In this document: positions 42,834-53,880 of the stretch, piece by piece
Position numbering within the stretch: the first letter of the stretch is position 1
Layout: the number at the start of each line of letters is the position of its first letter
NCBI GenBank assembly: GCA_009914755.4
Contig: CP068257.2
Span: 17,984,001 to 18,048,000, forward strand
From: the human T2T-CHM13v2.0 reference genome, Homo sapiens
DNA length: 64,000 nucleotides
Reading direction: 5' to 3'
Notes under the pieces: generated by a model
What the model saw: only the letters and a program-made list of their open reading frames with translations
Database searches by the model: none
Told to the model about the DNA's origin: nothing
Program-made: the position numbers and the translations under genes

Positions 42834-44548
42834 TCAAAGAAAGTTTTAAATGTTTCTGGAGCTTAACAAAGAATGCCATCCATAGATGAACATTTACAGT
42901 TTAGATGTGACTATTCAAATTATGAGAAAGTCACTATTCACCAGAGTGTACAGGGAAGAGAAGGGTCTCAAGAACTATGCTTTGGGGAAACAAAATATCT
43001 TGACCCAATTCCCACTTCTGAACATACCTCCGCCACTCCCACGAAGGCACTTTAATTTCTTACTGAATTTGTTGTGTTAAACACTTGTTTTGTATCAGTC
43101 ATAAATATAAGAATAATCTAACGCCTTACTTTATCATATTACTTTAAAAACTGCTATGATTTGTTGATATTACACATTCAGGGAGAGAGGACCGGGGTCA
43201 TGCAGTCTGTATAAAGTGCAATATTAAAGCCTTCTGTAGTTTTTAATGTCTCAGAGTCCAAACTCTCTTTGTTTCACTCTTCCCAGACACTAAATCTGGT
43301 CTTTGGCCAGGGTTATTTTCTAACTGAGCAGTAAGAAAATACTAATCATAAAAATAATTTTTGCCAGATTTTATGTAATTTGCCTGTGTTCAATACCAGT
43401 CAGCACTTCCGCATTTAGAATGCTTTGTATTTCTCTGGGGCTATGACAACAAATTTAGGTTGCTTTCAGTCTTCTACCATTGTTACATATGCCAGGATTT
43501 AGCTTTCAGTTACTATTATTTGTTAATTCCATTAAGTCAGCTGGAAACCAACTTCTATATTGTATTTTTTTTTCTATTTTAAAGATATTTGAATTCTCTT
43601 CTTTTTTTCTGATATAGTATACCTTGAGGACTTATGCTTTTGTTTTTAACACCACTGCTATCGATTACTATGGGTACAAGAGGGAAAATAAGTAAAATTG
43701 TGTCTAATCCACTATGCTTCCCTGCTAAAGCGACCCACTATTAATCAATTATCTCTCTTGTTTCTGTTTTATTTCTTGCTTGTCTCTTTTATACTGAATT
43801 GTTTTCATTTTTCTTAATTTTCTCCTTAAACCCTGGTTTTCACTGTTCTCTCTGCTCCTTCCATAATCCCCTTAATTTATATCCACATTCCAGATGGCCT
43901 TATATGCTACATGTTCCTGGGAAACGTTCATCTCCCCAAGTGCCTACAATATAATATCTCCTCCATAAAGAATGTTAAGTAATTAAATTACAAAGAGAAG
44001 ATCATAAAGAGTAATCCTGTGTTGTAGAAATAAATGGTGTACATATTTGTGTGTGTTCTTATTATTTTTTGTGAGGATATGAAGTAAAGTCTCCCTATGA
44101 ATGTAAAAAGTTAATACAAAAGGAAAACTGAGTAAAAACTTAAATTTGCTTATGTATTTCTCTATTATCCCACAGACAAAGTAAAAGTGACATTTTCCTA
44201 CAAATTTCTTATATTTGAAAATAAAATTTCTAGAGATTATGTGGGGAAAATTAAACTTTAATTCCACAATAATAAAAAAATGTTAAAAGCTAGTAGGTTT
44301 ATTAGAGAAACGTAAGTGATTACTTGTTCACTTCTGTGAAATGAGTTACTTAAGATGCCATATGCCATAGCCATATGTGTGAAAGGAATATAATATGAAG
44401 TATGTAGAACTGTTTAAGAAAACATTTGGGAGTTCTTTTGGCTATAAAAAGCTCAGATTATGTGGATTAATTTGTTGACATCATAAATTGCAAAGAAAAT
44501 TAAAAACAAGGTGATATGTATATGACTATGTATTTATATATACATACA

Positions 44549-46842
44549 CAAGCATACCTCAAATATATTGCTGGTGTGGTTTCAGACCACCACAATAGAG
44601 AGAATATTGCAATAAAACAAGTCACATGTAATTTTTGGCTTCCCACTGCCTATAAAAGTTATGTTTACACTATACACAATAGTCTATTAAGTGCGCAATC
44701 ACATTATTTGTTTAAAAAGTACATACTTTAAAAATACTTTATTGTTTAAAAATGCTAATAATCATCTGAGCTTTCAATGAGTCAAAATCTTTTTGCTGTT
44801 GGAGGGTGTTGCCTTCATGTTGATGGCTGCGGACTGGTCAGAATGGTGGTTGCTGAAGGTGGGGTTGCTATAGCAATTTCTTAAAATAAGACGACAGTGA
44901 TGTTTTCCTCATTGATTGACTCTTACCATCATGAAAGATTTCTCTGTAGTAGGTTGATAGCATTTTTACCCCCAGTAGAATTTATTTCAAAATTGGAATA
45001 AATCTTCTCAAAGTCTGCCATTCACTGCTTTATCAACTAAGTTCATGTAATATCCAAAATCCTTTGTTGTCATTTCAACAATGTTTCACGGTCTCTTAAC
45101 CAGAAGCAGATTTCATATCAAGAAACCACTTTCTTTGCTCATTCATAAGAAGCAATTCATCACTTTTTCAAGTATTATGAAATTATAGCAGTTTCTACCA
45201 CATTGGTAGTTACTTCCCCCACAGAAGTCTTTAACCCCATGAGTAGTCACTTATGAGGGTTGAAATCAACTTCCAAGCTTCTGTTACGGTTGATAATATA
45301 CCCTCTTTGCCTGCATCACAAGTGTTCTTAATAGCATCTATAATGGTGAATCATTTCCAGGAGGGTTTCAGTATTCTTTTCCCAAAACTATCAGAGGAAT
45401 AACTAGAACAGCTATAATCTTACAAAATGTATTTCTTAAATAATAAGACTTTAAAGTCAAAATTACTTCTTGATCCATTGACTACAGAATGGATATGTTA
45501 GCAGACATGAAAGCAACACTAATCTCTGTATACATTTCCATCAGAGCTCTTGGGTGACCAGATAGATTGTCAATTAGCAGTAATATCTTGAAAGGAATAT
45601 TTTTTTCTGAGCAGCAGTTCTCAACAGTGGGCTTAAAATATTCAGTAATCCATGCTACAAACAGAAATGCTGTGAACCAGGATTTGTTTCTCCATGTATA
45701 GAGCACAACAGAGTAGATTTACCATAAATGTAAAGGGCCCTAGGATTTTTGGAATGGTAAATGAGCACTGGCTTCAACTTAAAGCCACCACCTGCCTTAG
45801 CCTGTAACAAGAGTCAGCTTGTCTTTTAAGCTTTGAAGCCAGGCATTGACTTCTCCTACCTATGAAACTCCTATATAGCATCTTCTTCCAATAAAAGTTG
45901 TTTTATCTCCATTGAAAATCTGTTGTGTAACCACTTTCATCAATCATCTTAGCTAGATGTTCTAGATAACTTACTGCAGCTTCTCCATCAGCACTTGCTG
46001 CTTCACCTTGCACTTTTATGTTATAGAAATGGCTTCTTTCCTCAAACCTCATGAACCAACCTCTGCTAGCTTTCAATGATTCTTCTGCAACTTTCTCACC
46101 TCTCTTTACCTTCACAGCATTTGAGGGAGCTAGGGCCTTGTTCTAACTTAAGCTTTGCTTTAGGGAATGCTGTGTCTCATTTGATCTTCCATCTCGATCA
46201 CTAGTAGCTTTTCCATTTCAGTGATACAGCTGATTTACTTTCTCATGATTTGTATGTTCACTGGAGTAGTAGCTTAAATTTCTTTCAATAACTTTTTTTT
46301 TTGCATTTACAACTTGGCTAACTGGCACAGGAGGCCTATTTTGACTTTCAACATGTCTTCTTTACTCAGCTTATTTATTTCTAGCTTTCGATTTAAAGTG
46401 AGAGATATGTGACTTTTCCTTTCACTTGAACACTTAGAGGTTATTGTAGGGTATTAATTGGCCTTATTTTAATATTGTTGTTTCTCAGGGATTAGAGTGA
46501 AGTGAGGAGAGGGAGAGAGATGGGGAAAAGGCTGCTTGATAAAGCAGTCAGAACTCATTAAGTTCTACATCATATATGGACGCAGTTTATGGTGACCTCA
46601 GACAATAGTAGTAGTAACAGCAAAGATCACTGATTATATAACAAATATAATAATAACAAAAAGGTTTGAAATGTTGTGACAATTACCAAAATGTGACACA
46701 GAGACACAAAATAAACTCATGCTGTTGGAAAAGTAACAGTAACATATTTGCTCGACAAAAGGTTGCCACAAACCTTCAGTTTGTAAAAAATGCAATTATC
46801 TGTGAAGGACAATAAAGGAAAGCACAATAAAATGAGGTAGGT
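44549..46842 (-). mobile_element. Nearly full-length Tigger1-like (pogo/Tc1-mariner superfamily) DNA transposon, about 2.3 kb, with a degraded transposase
   Basis: The left end caagcatacctcaaatatattgctggtgtggtttcagaccaccacaatagagagaatattgcaataaaacaagtcacatg is the reverse complement of the Tigger1 3' terminus (…cgtgtgactcgctttattgcg…gcggtggtctggaaccgaacccgcaatatctccgaggtatgcctg). The right end …aaaaggttgccacaaaccttcagtttgtaaaaaatgc… is the reverse complement of the 5' terminus (…caaattgaaggtttgtggcaaccc…). Minus-strand track ORFs 45903-46115 ([33 protein letters not shown]…[15 protein letters not shown]) and 45482-45706 ([50 protein letters not shown]) match pogo-like Tigger transposase (CENP-B-like N-terminus plus DDE core). 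Confidence 0.85.
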
Positions 46843-47829
46843 CTCTATATGTATACTTAAAAAAGCAAATTGTTAAACAGAGTACACATTATAAAGGACT
46901 TGTCTACCACATAGATGTACTTGATCCTCTCTATTTTTATTCTAAAGATAAAAGCAATGAAATTAACTGCTTTGACAATTGTAATAATAGTGAGTGGGCA
47001 ACAGGAAAAATATAGAAGCTAGAAAGCAGATTACAATGCAATGTAGTTATAATATTTATCACAAGTTATTTCATTAAAAGACATCACATTTAGTTGTGAC
47101 TGGTACATCACAGTAATTATGAATTGGGTTTTAATGTTTGATTATTTTACAACCCTTGACAAAAGTTGCAAATTTGAAAAAAAATTATTATTTTAAATTT
47201 AATTTTAAATTTAAATTATTTAAATCATTTTAAATACTAAATAATTGATTTTAGTTGTTTAGAAAGCATCCTAAGACTAATAATAGTGAAATATTATTTG
47301 AAATATAGATTTATATTTGACATATAGATTTTGATCATACATATAATTTGTCTTAATTTTTTGTGTCTTCATTTCATAAATAAAAGTTTTAAACTAAAAG
47401 CAATGCAAACACATGGTAAAAGTTAAAATAAAGCTGAATGTCTGTCATGCTTATTTCAAATTTGATTATGCAAACAAGCCAAAACAGTCACCAAGAGGCA
47501 AACAGAAGTGAGAAACATTTGAAGATTGGTTTAATGGACAATCCTATCAATATTAAGAGAAACAAGAAGGCGTTTTAAACTCCTCACTTCTGTCTTTTAC
47601 TGCCTCAACCACACCTACCTTTATATAGCCTTACCTTTCTTTTATTTTACTTTTCAGACAACATGTATTTATAAATTTCAGGTAAAGATTAAACTTCTAT
47701 GTTAAAAACTGTATTACGTTGATGATTACTTCCACTTTAAATAACATTAATATTAAATTCAACATATTGAATTTCATGATTACTCTTCATAATAGTGAAA
47801 GAAAAATCAATCAGCAATAGTAGTCAATG

Positions 47830-48300
47830 TACATGAATCAATCAACGTGATACATCATATCAACAGAATGAAGGACAAAAACTATATGATCATTTCAATT
47901 GATACCGAAAAAGTATTGGATAAAATTTAACATCCCTTCATGTTAAAAACCCTCAAAATGCTGGGTATAGAAGGAACATACCTCAACATAATAAAAGCCA
48001 TATATGACAGACATATAGCTAGTATCATACTGAATAGGGAAAAACTGCAAGCCTTTCCTCTAAGATCTGGAACATGACAAGAATACCCACTTTCACCAAC
48101 CACCATTATTCAACATAGTTCTGGAAGTCCTAGCTAGAGAAATTAGACAAGAGAAATAAATAAAGGCCATCCGAATTGGAAAGAAAGAAGTCAAATTATC
48201 CTTGTTTGTAGATAATAGGATCTTACATTTGGAAAAACCAATTCCACTGAAAAACTATTAGAACTGATAAACAAATTCAGTAAAGTTGCATACCTGTATC
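47830..48300 (+). mobile_element. L1 LINE ORF2 (reverse-transcriptase domain) fragment, old and frameshifted
   Basis: catcatatcaacagaatgaaggacaaaaactatatgatcatttcaattgataccgaaaaagtattggataaaatttaacatcccttcatgttaaaaaccctcaaaatgctgggtatagaaggaacatacctcaacataataaaagccatatatgacagac...cattattcaacatagttctggaagtcctagctagagaaattagacaagagaaataaataaaggccatccgaattggaaagaaagaagtcaaattatccttgtttgtagataataggatc. This reads …IISIDTEKV…[23 protein letters not shown]…[36 protein letters not shown]. Confidence 0.75.
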
Positions 48301-49402
48301 TACGTATCTCACAAATATACTGGAAGCAGAACCAGAGACAGGAATAAAGATATACCTGAATTTTGGTGGAAATGTTTTTCAGGAAAAAACTGAAGCGGGA
48401 TAGAGAAGAGAAAAATAAGAACAAAGATATTTTGATCCACAGGGAAAAGACCCTGGAGAATGCATTACTCCCAGAAGATGGTTCCTTTTTTAGGCCAGAG
48501 GGTGAGATGTTGGAAACCATATACTGTTAATCAGGGCTAAAGGTCACTCCCTGGGGAAGGAGCAGTGGTGTATGTTTTTTAGGGCAGTGACTCCTATCAG
48601 TCAAGTGCATTTCTATGTAGATAGGTGACAGCTCCTAGCCATTACCAGTCAAAAGAGATACAAAGGAAATCTAGGTAGGGCAACCACATCTACCACTACC
48701 CACAAAAATGTCTCTATGTGTAGACTCTATGTCTAGGCTTTTATACGACAAAGGCTGGATATAGTAAATATCCATATTTATCAAATTATATTTGTATTTC
48801 ATAAACCACACAATTTGGCAAATATTTTAGCAAATGATTTCCCTATCTGTCTATATAAAGCCACAACCTTTGTCTACTTCACAAAAATACTTCAGATTTT
48901 GTATTTTTGGTGAAACGACTACCATTCCTCCCAGAGAACCAGAAGCATACCATTAAGGCCAGGAAATACATGTGGCTGACCTGAATACAAATATGAGTAG
49001 AAAAAACTCACAAAAAAAGAACTATAAATAGTCAATTAAAATAAAATCTCAATATTTAACCTCCCCAGCAATAAAAAAGAATTTTATACTTTGTATAATG
49101 GGTTCTACCTGGTAGGGTTGGGAGAGTTATATGAAAAAAAAAAAACAAAAAACTCTATACCCTAAAAAGTTGTTTATGTATTGAAGTAGTAGAAAGAAAC
49201 AGAAAAAAAAAAAAAGAAAGATAACCTAAGTGTTCATAGATATAGCACTATAGGAGTCAATTCTTTCTTGAGAAAATAGTCAAGATAATAAAAAATCCAA
49301 GTCAAGAGTTTAGTCAGTGTCTTTTCCTTAATTTTTGTCCCTGCTCCTAATGCAACAACATGATACCTATAATGTTGTATTTTCTAAGCTTATAGAAATA
49401 CT

Positions 49403-49700
49403 TATTATTATTATTATTATTATTTTTTTTTTGAGATGGAGTGTTGCTGTGTCGCCCAGGCTGGAGTACAGTGGTGCGATCTCTGCTCACTGCAACCTCC
49501 GCCTCCCGGGTTCAAGCGATTCTCCTGCCTAAGCCCTCCCGAGTAGCTGGGATTGCAGGTGCAGGCAACCACGTCTGACTAATTTTTGTATTTTTAGTAG
49601 AGATGTGGTTTCACCATATTGGTCAGGGTGGTCTCGAACTCCTGACCTCGTGATCCACCTACCTTGACCTCCCAAAGTGCTGGGATTCACAGGAGTGAGC
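49403..49700 (-). mobile_element. Alu SINE (minus strand) with a (TTA)n + T-run tail
   Basis: (tta)8 and t10 are followed by gagatggagtgttgctgtgtcgcccaggctggagtacagtggtgcgatctctgctcactgcaacctccgcctcccgggttcaagcgattctcctgcc...gggattcacaggagtgagcc. Confidence 0.9.
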
Positions 49701-49947
49701 CCAGAAAATTTCACCACTCCCAGGAAATACTTTTTAAATGCGGGCCCTCAGAAACCTCTGCAGTGGACTGTACAGGACATAACATTGAAAAACTCAAATT
49801 AACATAGTCCTTATTTCTTTTACTAACTAGAATTATTGTCAGTTTTTTTGGTCAAATAAATTATAGCGCTATGCTCTAATAGGAGCAGCACATGAAAACA
49901 TAATTTAAGCCAAAAAAAGTCAACCCTAAATATTTTTGCTGTTTTAA

Positions 49948-50603
49948 GGTGCTGGAGAGGATGTGGAGAAATAGGAACACTTTTACATTGTTGGTGGGAC
50001 TGTAAACTAGTTCAACCATTGTGGAAGACAGTGTGGCGATTCCCCAAGGATCTAGAACTAGAAATACCATTTGACCCAGCCATCCCATTACTGGGTATAT
50101 ACCCAAAGGATTATAAATCATGCTGCTATAAAGACACATGCACACATATGTTTATTGCGGCACTATTCACAATAGCAAAGACTTGGAACCAACCCAAATG
50201 TCCATCAATGAGAGACTGGATTAAGAAAATGTGGCACATATACACCATGGAATACTATGCAGCCATAAAAAAGGATGAGTTCATGTCCTTTGTAGGGACG
50301 TGGATGAAGCTGGAAACCATCATTCTCAGCAAACTATCACAAGGCCAAAAAACCAAACACCGCATGTTCTCACTCATAGGTGGGAATTGAACAATGAGAA
50401 CACATGGACACAGGAAGGGGAACATGACACACCGGGGTCTGTTGTGGGGTGGGGGGAGGGGGGAGGGATAGCATTAGGAGAAATACCTAATGTAAATTAT
50501 GAGTTAATGGGTGCAGCACACCAACATGGCACATGTATACATATGTAGCAAACCTGCACATTGTGCACGTGTACCCTAGAACTTAAAGTGTAATTAAAAA
50601 AAA
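49948..50603 (+). mobile_element. Young 5'-truncated L1PA LINE insertion (last ~650 bp: ORF2 C-terminus, 3'UTR, poly-A) with a 13-bp TSD
   Basis: ggtgctggagaggatgtggagaaataggaacacttttacattgttggtgggactgtaaactagttcaaccattgtggaagacagtgtggcgattcc...gggatagcattaggagaaatacctaatgtaaattatgagttaatgggtgcagcacaccaacatggcacatgtatacatatgtagcaaacctgcacattgtgcacgtgtaccctagaacttaaagtgtaattaaaaaaaa is near-identical to the young L1PA/L1HS consensus. The TSD tttgctgttttaa occurs at 49935-49947 and 50606-50618. Track ORFs 50019-50390 and 50300-50548 are ORF2 C-terminal sequence. Confidence 0.9.
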
Positions 50604-53587
50604 TCTTTGCTGTTTTAAATATTTAATAATAACCCTTTCATTATACTGTCAATTTCTTGTTCCTACAGAAAAATGCCCAAAAATGTACAGAGAAAGAAAT
50701 ATTTCTTCAGAGGCTGCCTTGTGGCTGGTCTTAACCGTATCAAAACATCACATTCCAATTTTAATGATTCCAAGCCTAAGGGTAGAATTTATCAATTTTT
50801 CCAATTTTCTAAAGACTCCAGGTAGCAAACAAGACACATTAGATTAGCAGGACAACAGCTATGTTTCCACGGGTTCTGTCCTGATCATTTATGAGCCTTT
50901 AAGAGTTGTCTTTCAATCAAGGTTGTGATATACCTTGCCCTTTATAAAATAGAGAAGCTTGAACTTTCTGTTGTTAAAAGAAACGTCTGACTCAGTCTAA
51001 TACCTTACCATAGGAACCTTATTAATCAGGTCTAGTATATATACTTTCTATTATGTTAACCTGCACTCATATAGAGCTATTTCAAAATTGCAATTCAGAT
51101 AGGTCTGACTGTCCTATTTAAAAATTATTCTCAACCCCAAGTCCAGTCAATCATTCCCATCTCAAACTTATGCTAAACTAAAGTTTCCCATCCCACAAAA
51201 TGAAAGTATTTGAAACATCTTTGGCTCTTTACAGAGCAGTGTGACCTCATATCTCGAAAGAAGTAAAAAAAAAAAATTATTCTCTTTAATAATTAATATG
51301 TAAATTTTATTTATCTATGTAAAGTGTATTAGAAAATAATTTTTAAAAAATTATTTTAAAAAAATGGACTCTCTTTAATTGTGAGTCCATTAATTTATTT
51401 TCTTTTACAAAAAATAGTAACAATAGAAACAGCAATGCAAATCAAGTTCATAACCTACCACTTTTGTGAGTTTTTTCCTACTGTTTCATGTCACAGAAAT
51501 AGCTGTTTTGAAATAACTAAAGCCAGACCTATTGCACACGGTCACAATTTTATCTATTTTAAATATCTTTGAACAGCCTCACAACAGGGTCATGGTCTCT
51601 AGGAAAGTCTATTTTCCTCTAAAGAAATACCTGTAGGCATTTGAGAAAAAGCCAGGCATTTTCAATCCCTTTTAAACACAAAGAGAACATTTTAAAAGGC
51701 TGCTAATAATTAAATGGAGATCTAAAGGACCAATTTGCAATAGTTTTTCTTTACAGAGGCAAGCTCATTGTGCTGAAATGAACTCATAATTGTTCATGAA
51801 ATATTTGCATATGAGAATTATCTGCATTCCTCAAAACGGTGGGATGAAATTGGAATTCTCCTCTTTTCAATATATTTGAATGCATCTACATGTGCACAGC
51901 GAATTGGAGAAACATGGTTTTTTTTTTAAAATACTACTTTCTGAAACATAATGAATAAAGAGGGAAATGGTATTTAAAATGGAATTATGCATCTCTCTAA
52001 TTCAATGTTTCTATTTTAATTTCTAAGTTTCAAAATGTAGATCACTCAGCATCCACAACCACGGTTAAGTACATCACATATTCAGACCACCTAACTCTAG
52101 TTAACACAGTGATGTGTGATTCATGTCCTGGGTGTCACAGATTTCTGCCCAAATGTGTGATTTTGTATAAAATATGAGAGTTTTAGTCCTATTGATTTCA
52201 ATATTTTATATAAACATGGCTCTGAAAAACTGTCTATATGAGTCTCTTACTTAAGAATATATTCTCCCATTAGATAACACCATTACTTTTTGTGAACAAT
52301 TTTTATTATTTTCATACATACTTTTAATTAAAAATTGAAGGTGACAAGAGTAGTATAAAAATCTAAAAATTAAAAATTATCCACAATTTTTCTACTTTCA
52401 ATACTTATTTAACATTCTATCAAACTTCTATTCTGTTTATTCCACCATGACTTTCTTGTCCAGAAGTATGCATAGATTTACTAACTACAAATCTAGTGCA
52501 TGTATCTATTTTCCACTTTATTTTTAATGCATGTTATTTTTTTAAAGTTTTAGAGTTATAAAAACAAATAAGAATATAGCAAAGAGATTTCCCTTTCACA
52601 CATACAGTTTTCTCTGTTATTAACATCTTACTTTAGAATAGTATATTTGTCACAATTAAGAAATATTGCACATTTTTTTAACTAAAGTCCTTGATTAATC
52701 ACATGTCCTATTTTTTCCCCTAATTCTCTGTTCCAGAATTTCATCTGGGATATCACATTACATGGTTCTCGTTGCATCACCGTAAGCTCCTCTTGGATGT
52801 GACAGCTTTGGGAGGTAAGCTTTTGAAAAATCCTGGTTTATTGTCATAACTATACTGAGATTTGGGGAGGAAGGGCACTGATATAAAGTCCTGTTATCAT
52901 CACATCATATGAAGAGTACATACTATCAACAAGTTGTATCACTATTGATGTAGATCTTGGTCATCTGGCTGAAGCAGTGCTTGTCAAGTGTCAAGTTTCT
53001 TTACTCTAAAGTTGCTGTTTTTGTCTCCATTCCCATGCTATATACTTTGGAAGGCAGTTGTTATGCACTTCTTTCCTGTGTGGTAAACTACATAATCATT
53101 TTTGTGTAACAGTATGGAGTCACGTGTATTTATTGTGTACTTTATGTTATAATCCAATGCTACTTTATTTACTTTGTTTCTCAAATTATTACAGCTTTGG
53201 GCATTGGGAGCTCTTTCAGTTGGCTATTATGTTCCTTTGAAGTACGTTTATCAGTGTGAAAGGGTTTCTTTGTTTGTTTGTTGTTTTTGATCACTTTCTT
53301 CCTTTCTAATGCCACGTAACGCTCCAGACTCAAGTTTGAAATTTTCTGCCTCAGCCTTAGAATCAGCCTTTTCTCTAAGGAGTGTTAGTTTCTTTAATGG
53401 TTAATGATACTAGAAACCAAGATCTAGTGCTCTTTGCTACTGCAATGTCAGTTCTTTTAGGCCCTCTCAGTTGACAGGAAAGAAAAAACATATGTATGTA
53501 TGCTAACCTGTAGACATGCACATATATCTACCAACTCATTTATTTAACCATCATATCTGTATTAAGCTAAAAATGAATTCAACTATT

Positions 53588-53880
53588 CCAAATGCTACCA
53601 GGGGGGTCCTTGCTCCCAGAGCTCCCAAGATGGTGGTGGGCTGCTTCCAAGATGGTGGCAAGCCTCGTGTTCTCTGACCTGGGGTTCTTGGCCTCACGGA
53701 TTCCAAGGAATAGAATCTTGGGCCATGCGGTGAGTGTCACGGCTCTATTAGAAACCGTGGGTCACGGAAGAGAGTCATGGAACCCAGTGCCTAGTGTTCA
53801 GCTCGATTAGGACGAACCGGGGCACTTAGCCGTGCAGGAACAATGGCAAGCCTTTAGCCTGATCAGGAGCGGCAATGGGT
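53588..53880 (-). mobile_element. HERV-9/HERV-W-type LTR (LTR12/LTR17-like) fragment, minus strand: the U5-proximal ~290 bp ending at the LTR/PBS boundary
   Basis: The reverse complement reads gcgaggaacccattgccgctcc...ggctaaaggcttgccattgttcctgcacggctaagtgcc..ggttcgtcctaatcgagctgaacactaggcactgggttccatgactctcttccgtgacccacgg...ctaatagagccgtgacactcaccgcatggcccaagattctattccttggaatccgtgaggccaagaaccccaggtcagagaacacgaggcttgccaccatcttggaagcagcccaccaccatcttgggagctctgggagcaaggacccccc. This matches the U5/leader of ERV9/ERVW LTRs as I remember them (..ccatcttggaagcggcc..ccaccatcttgggagctctgtgagcaaggaccccccggtaacatt|tggcgacca PBS). Confidence 0.6.
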
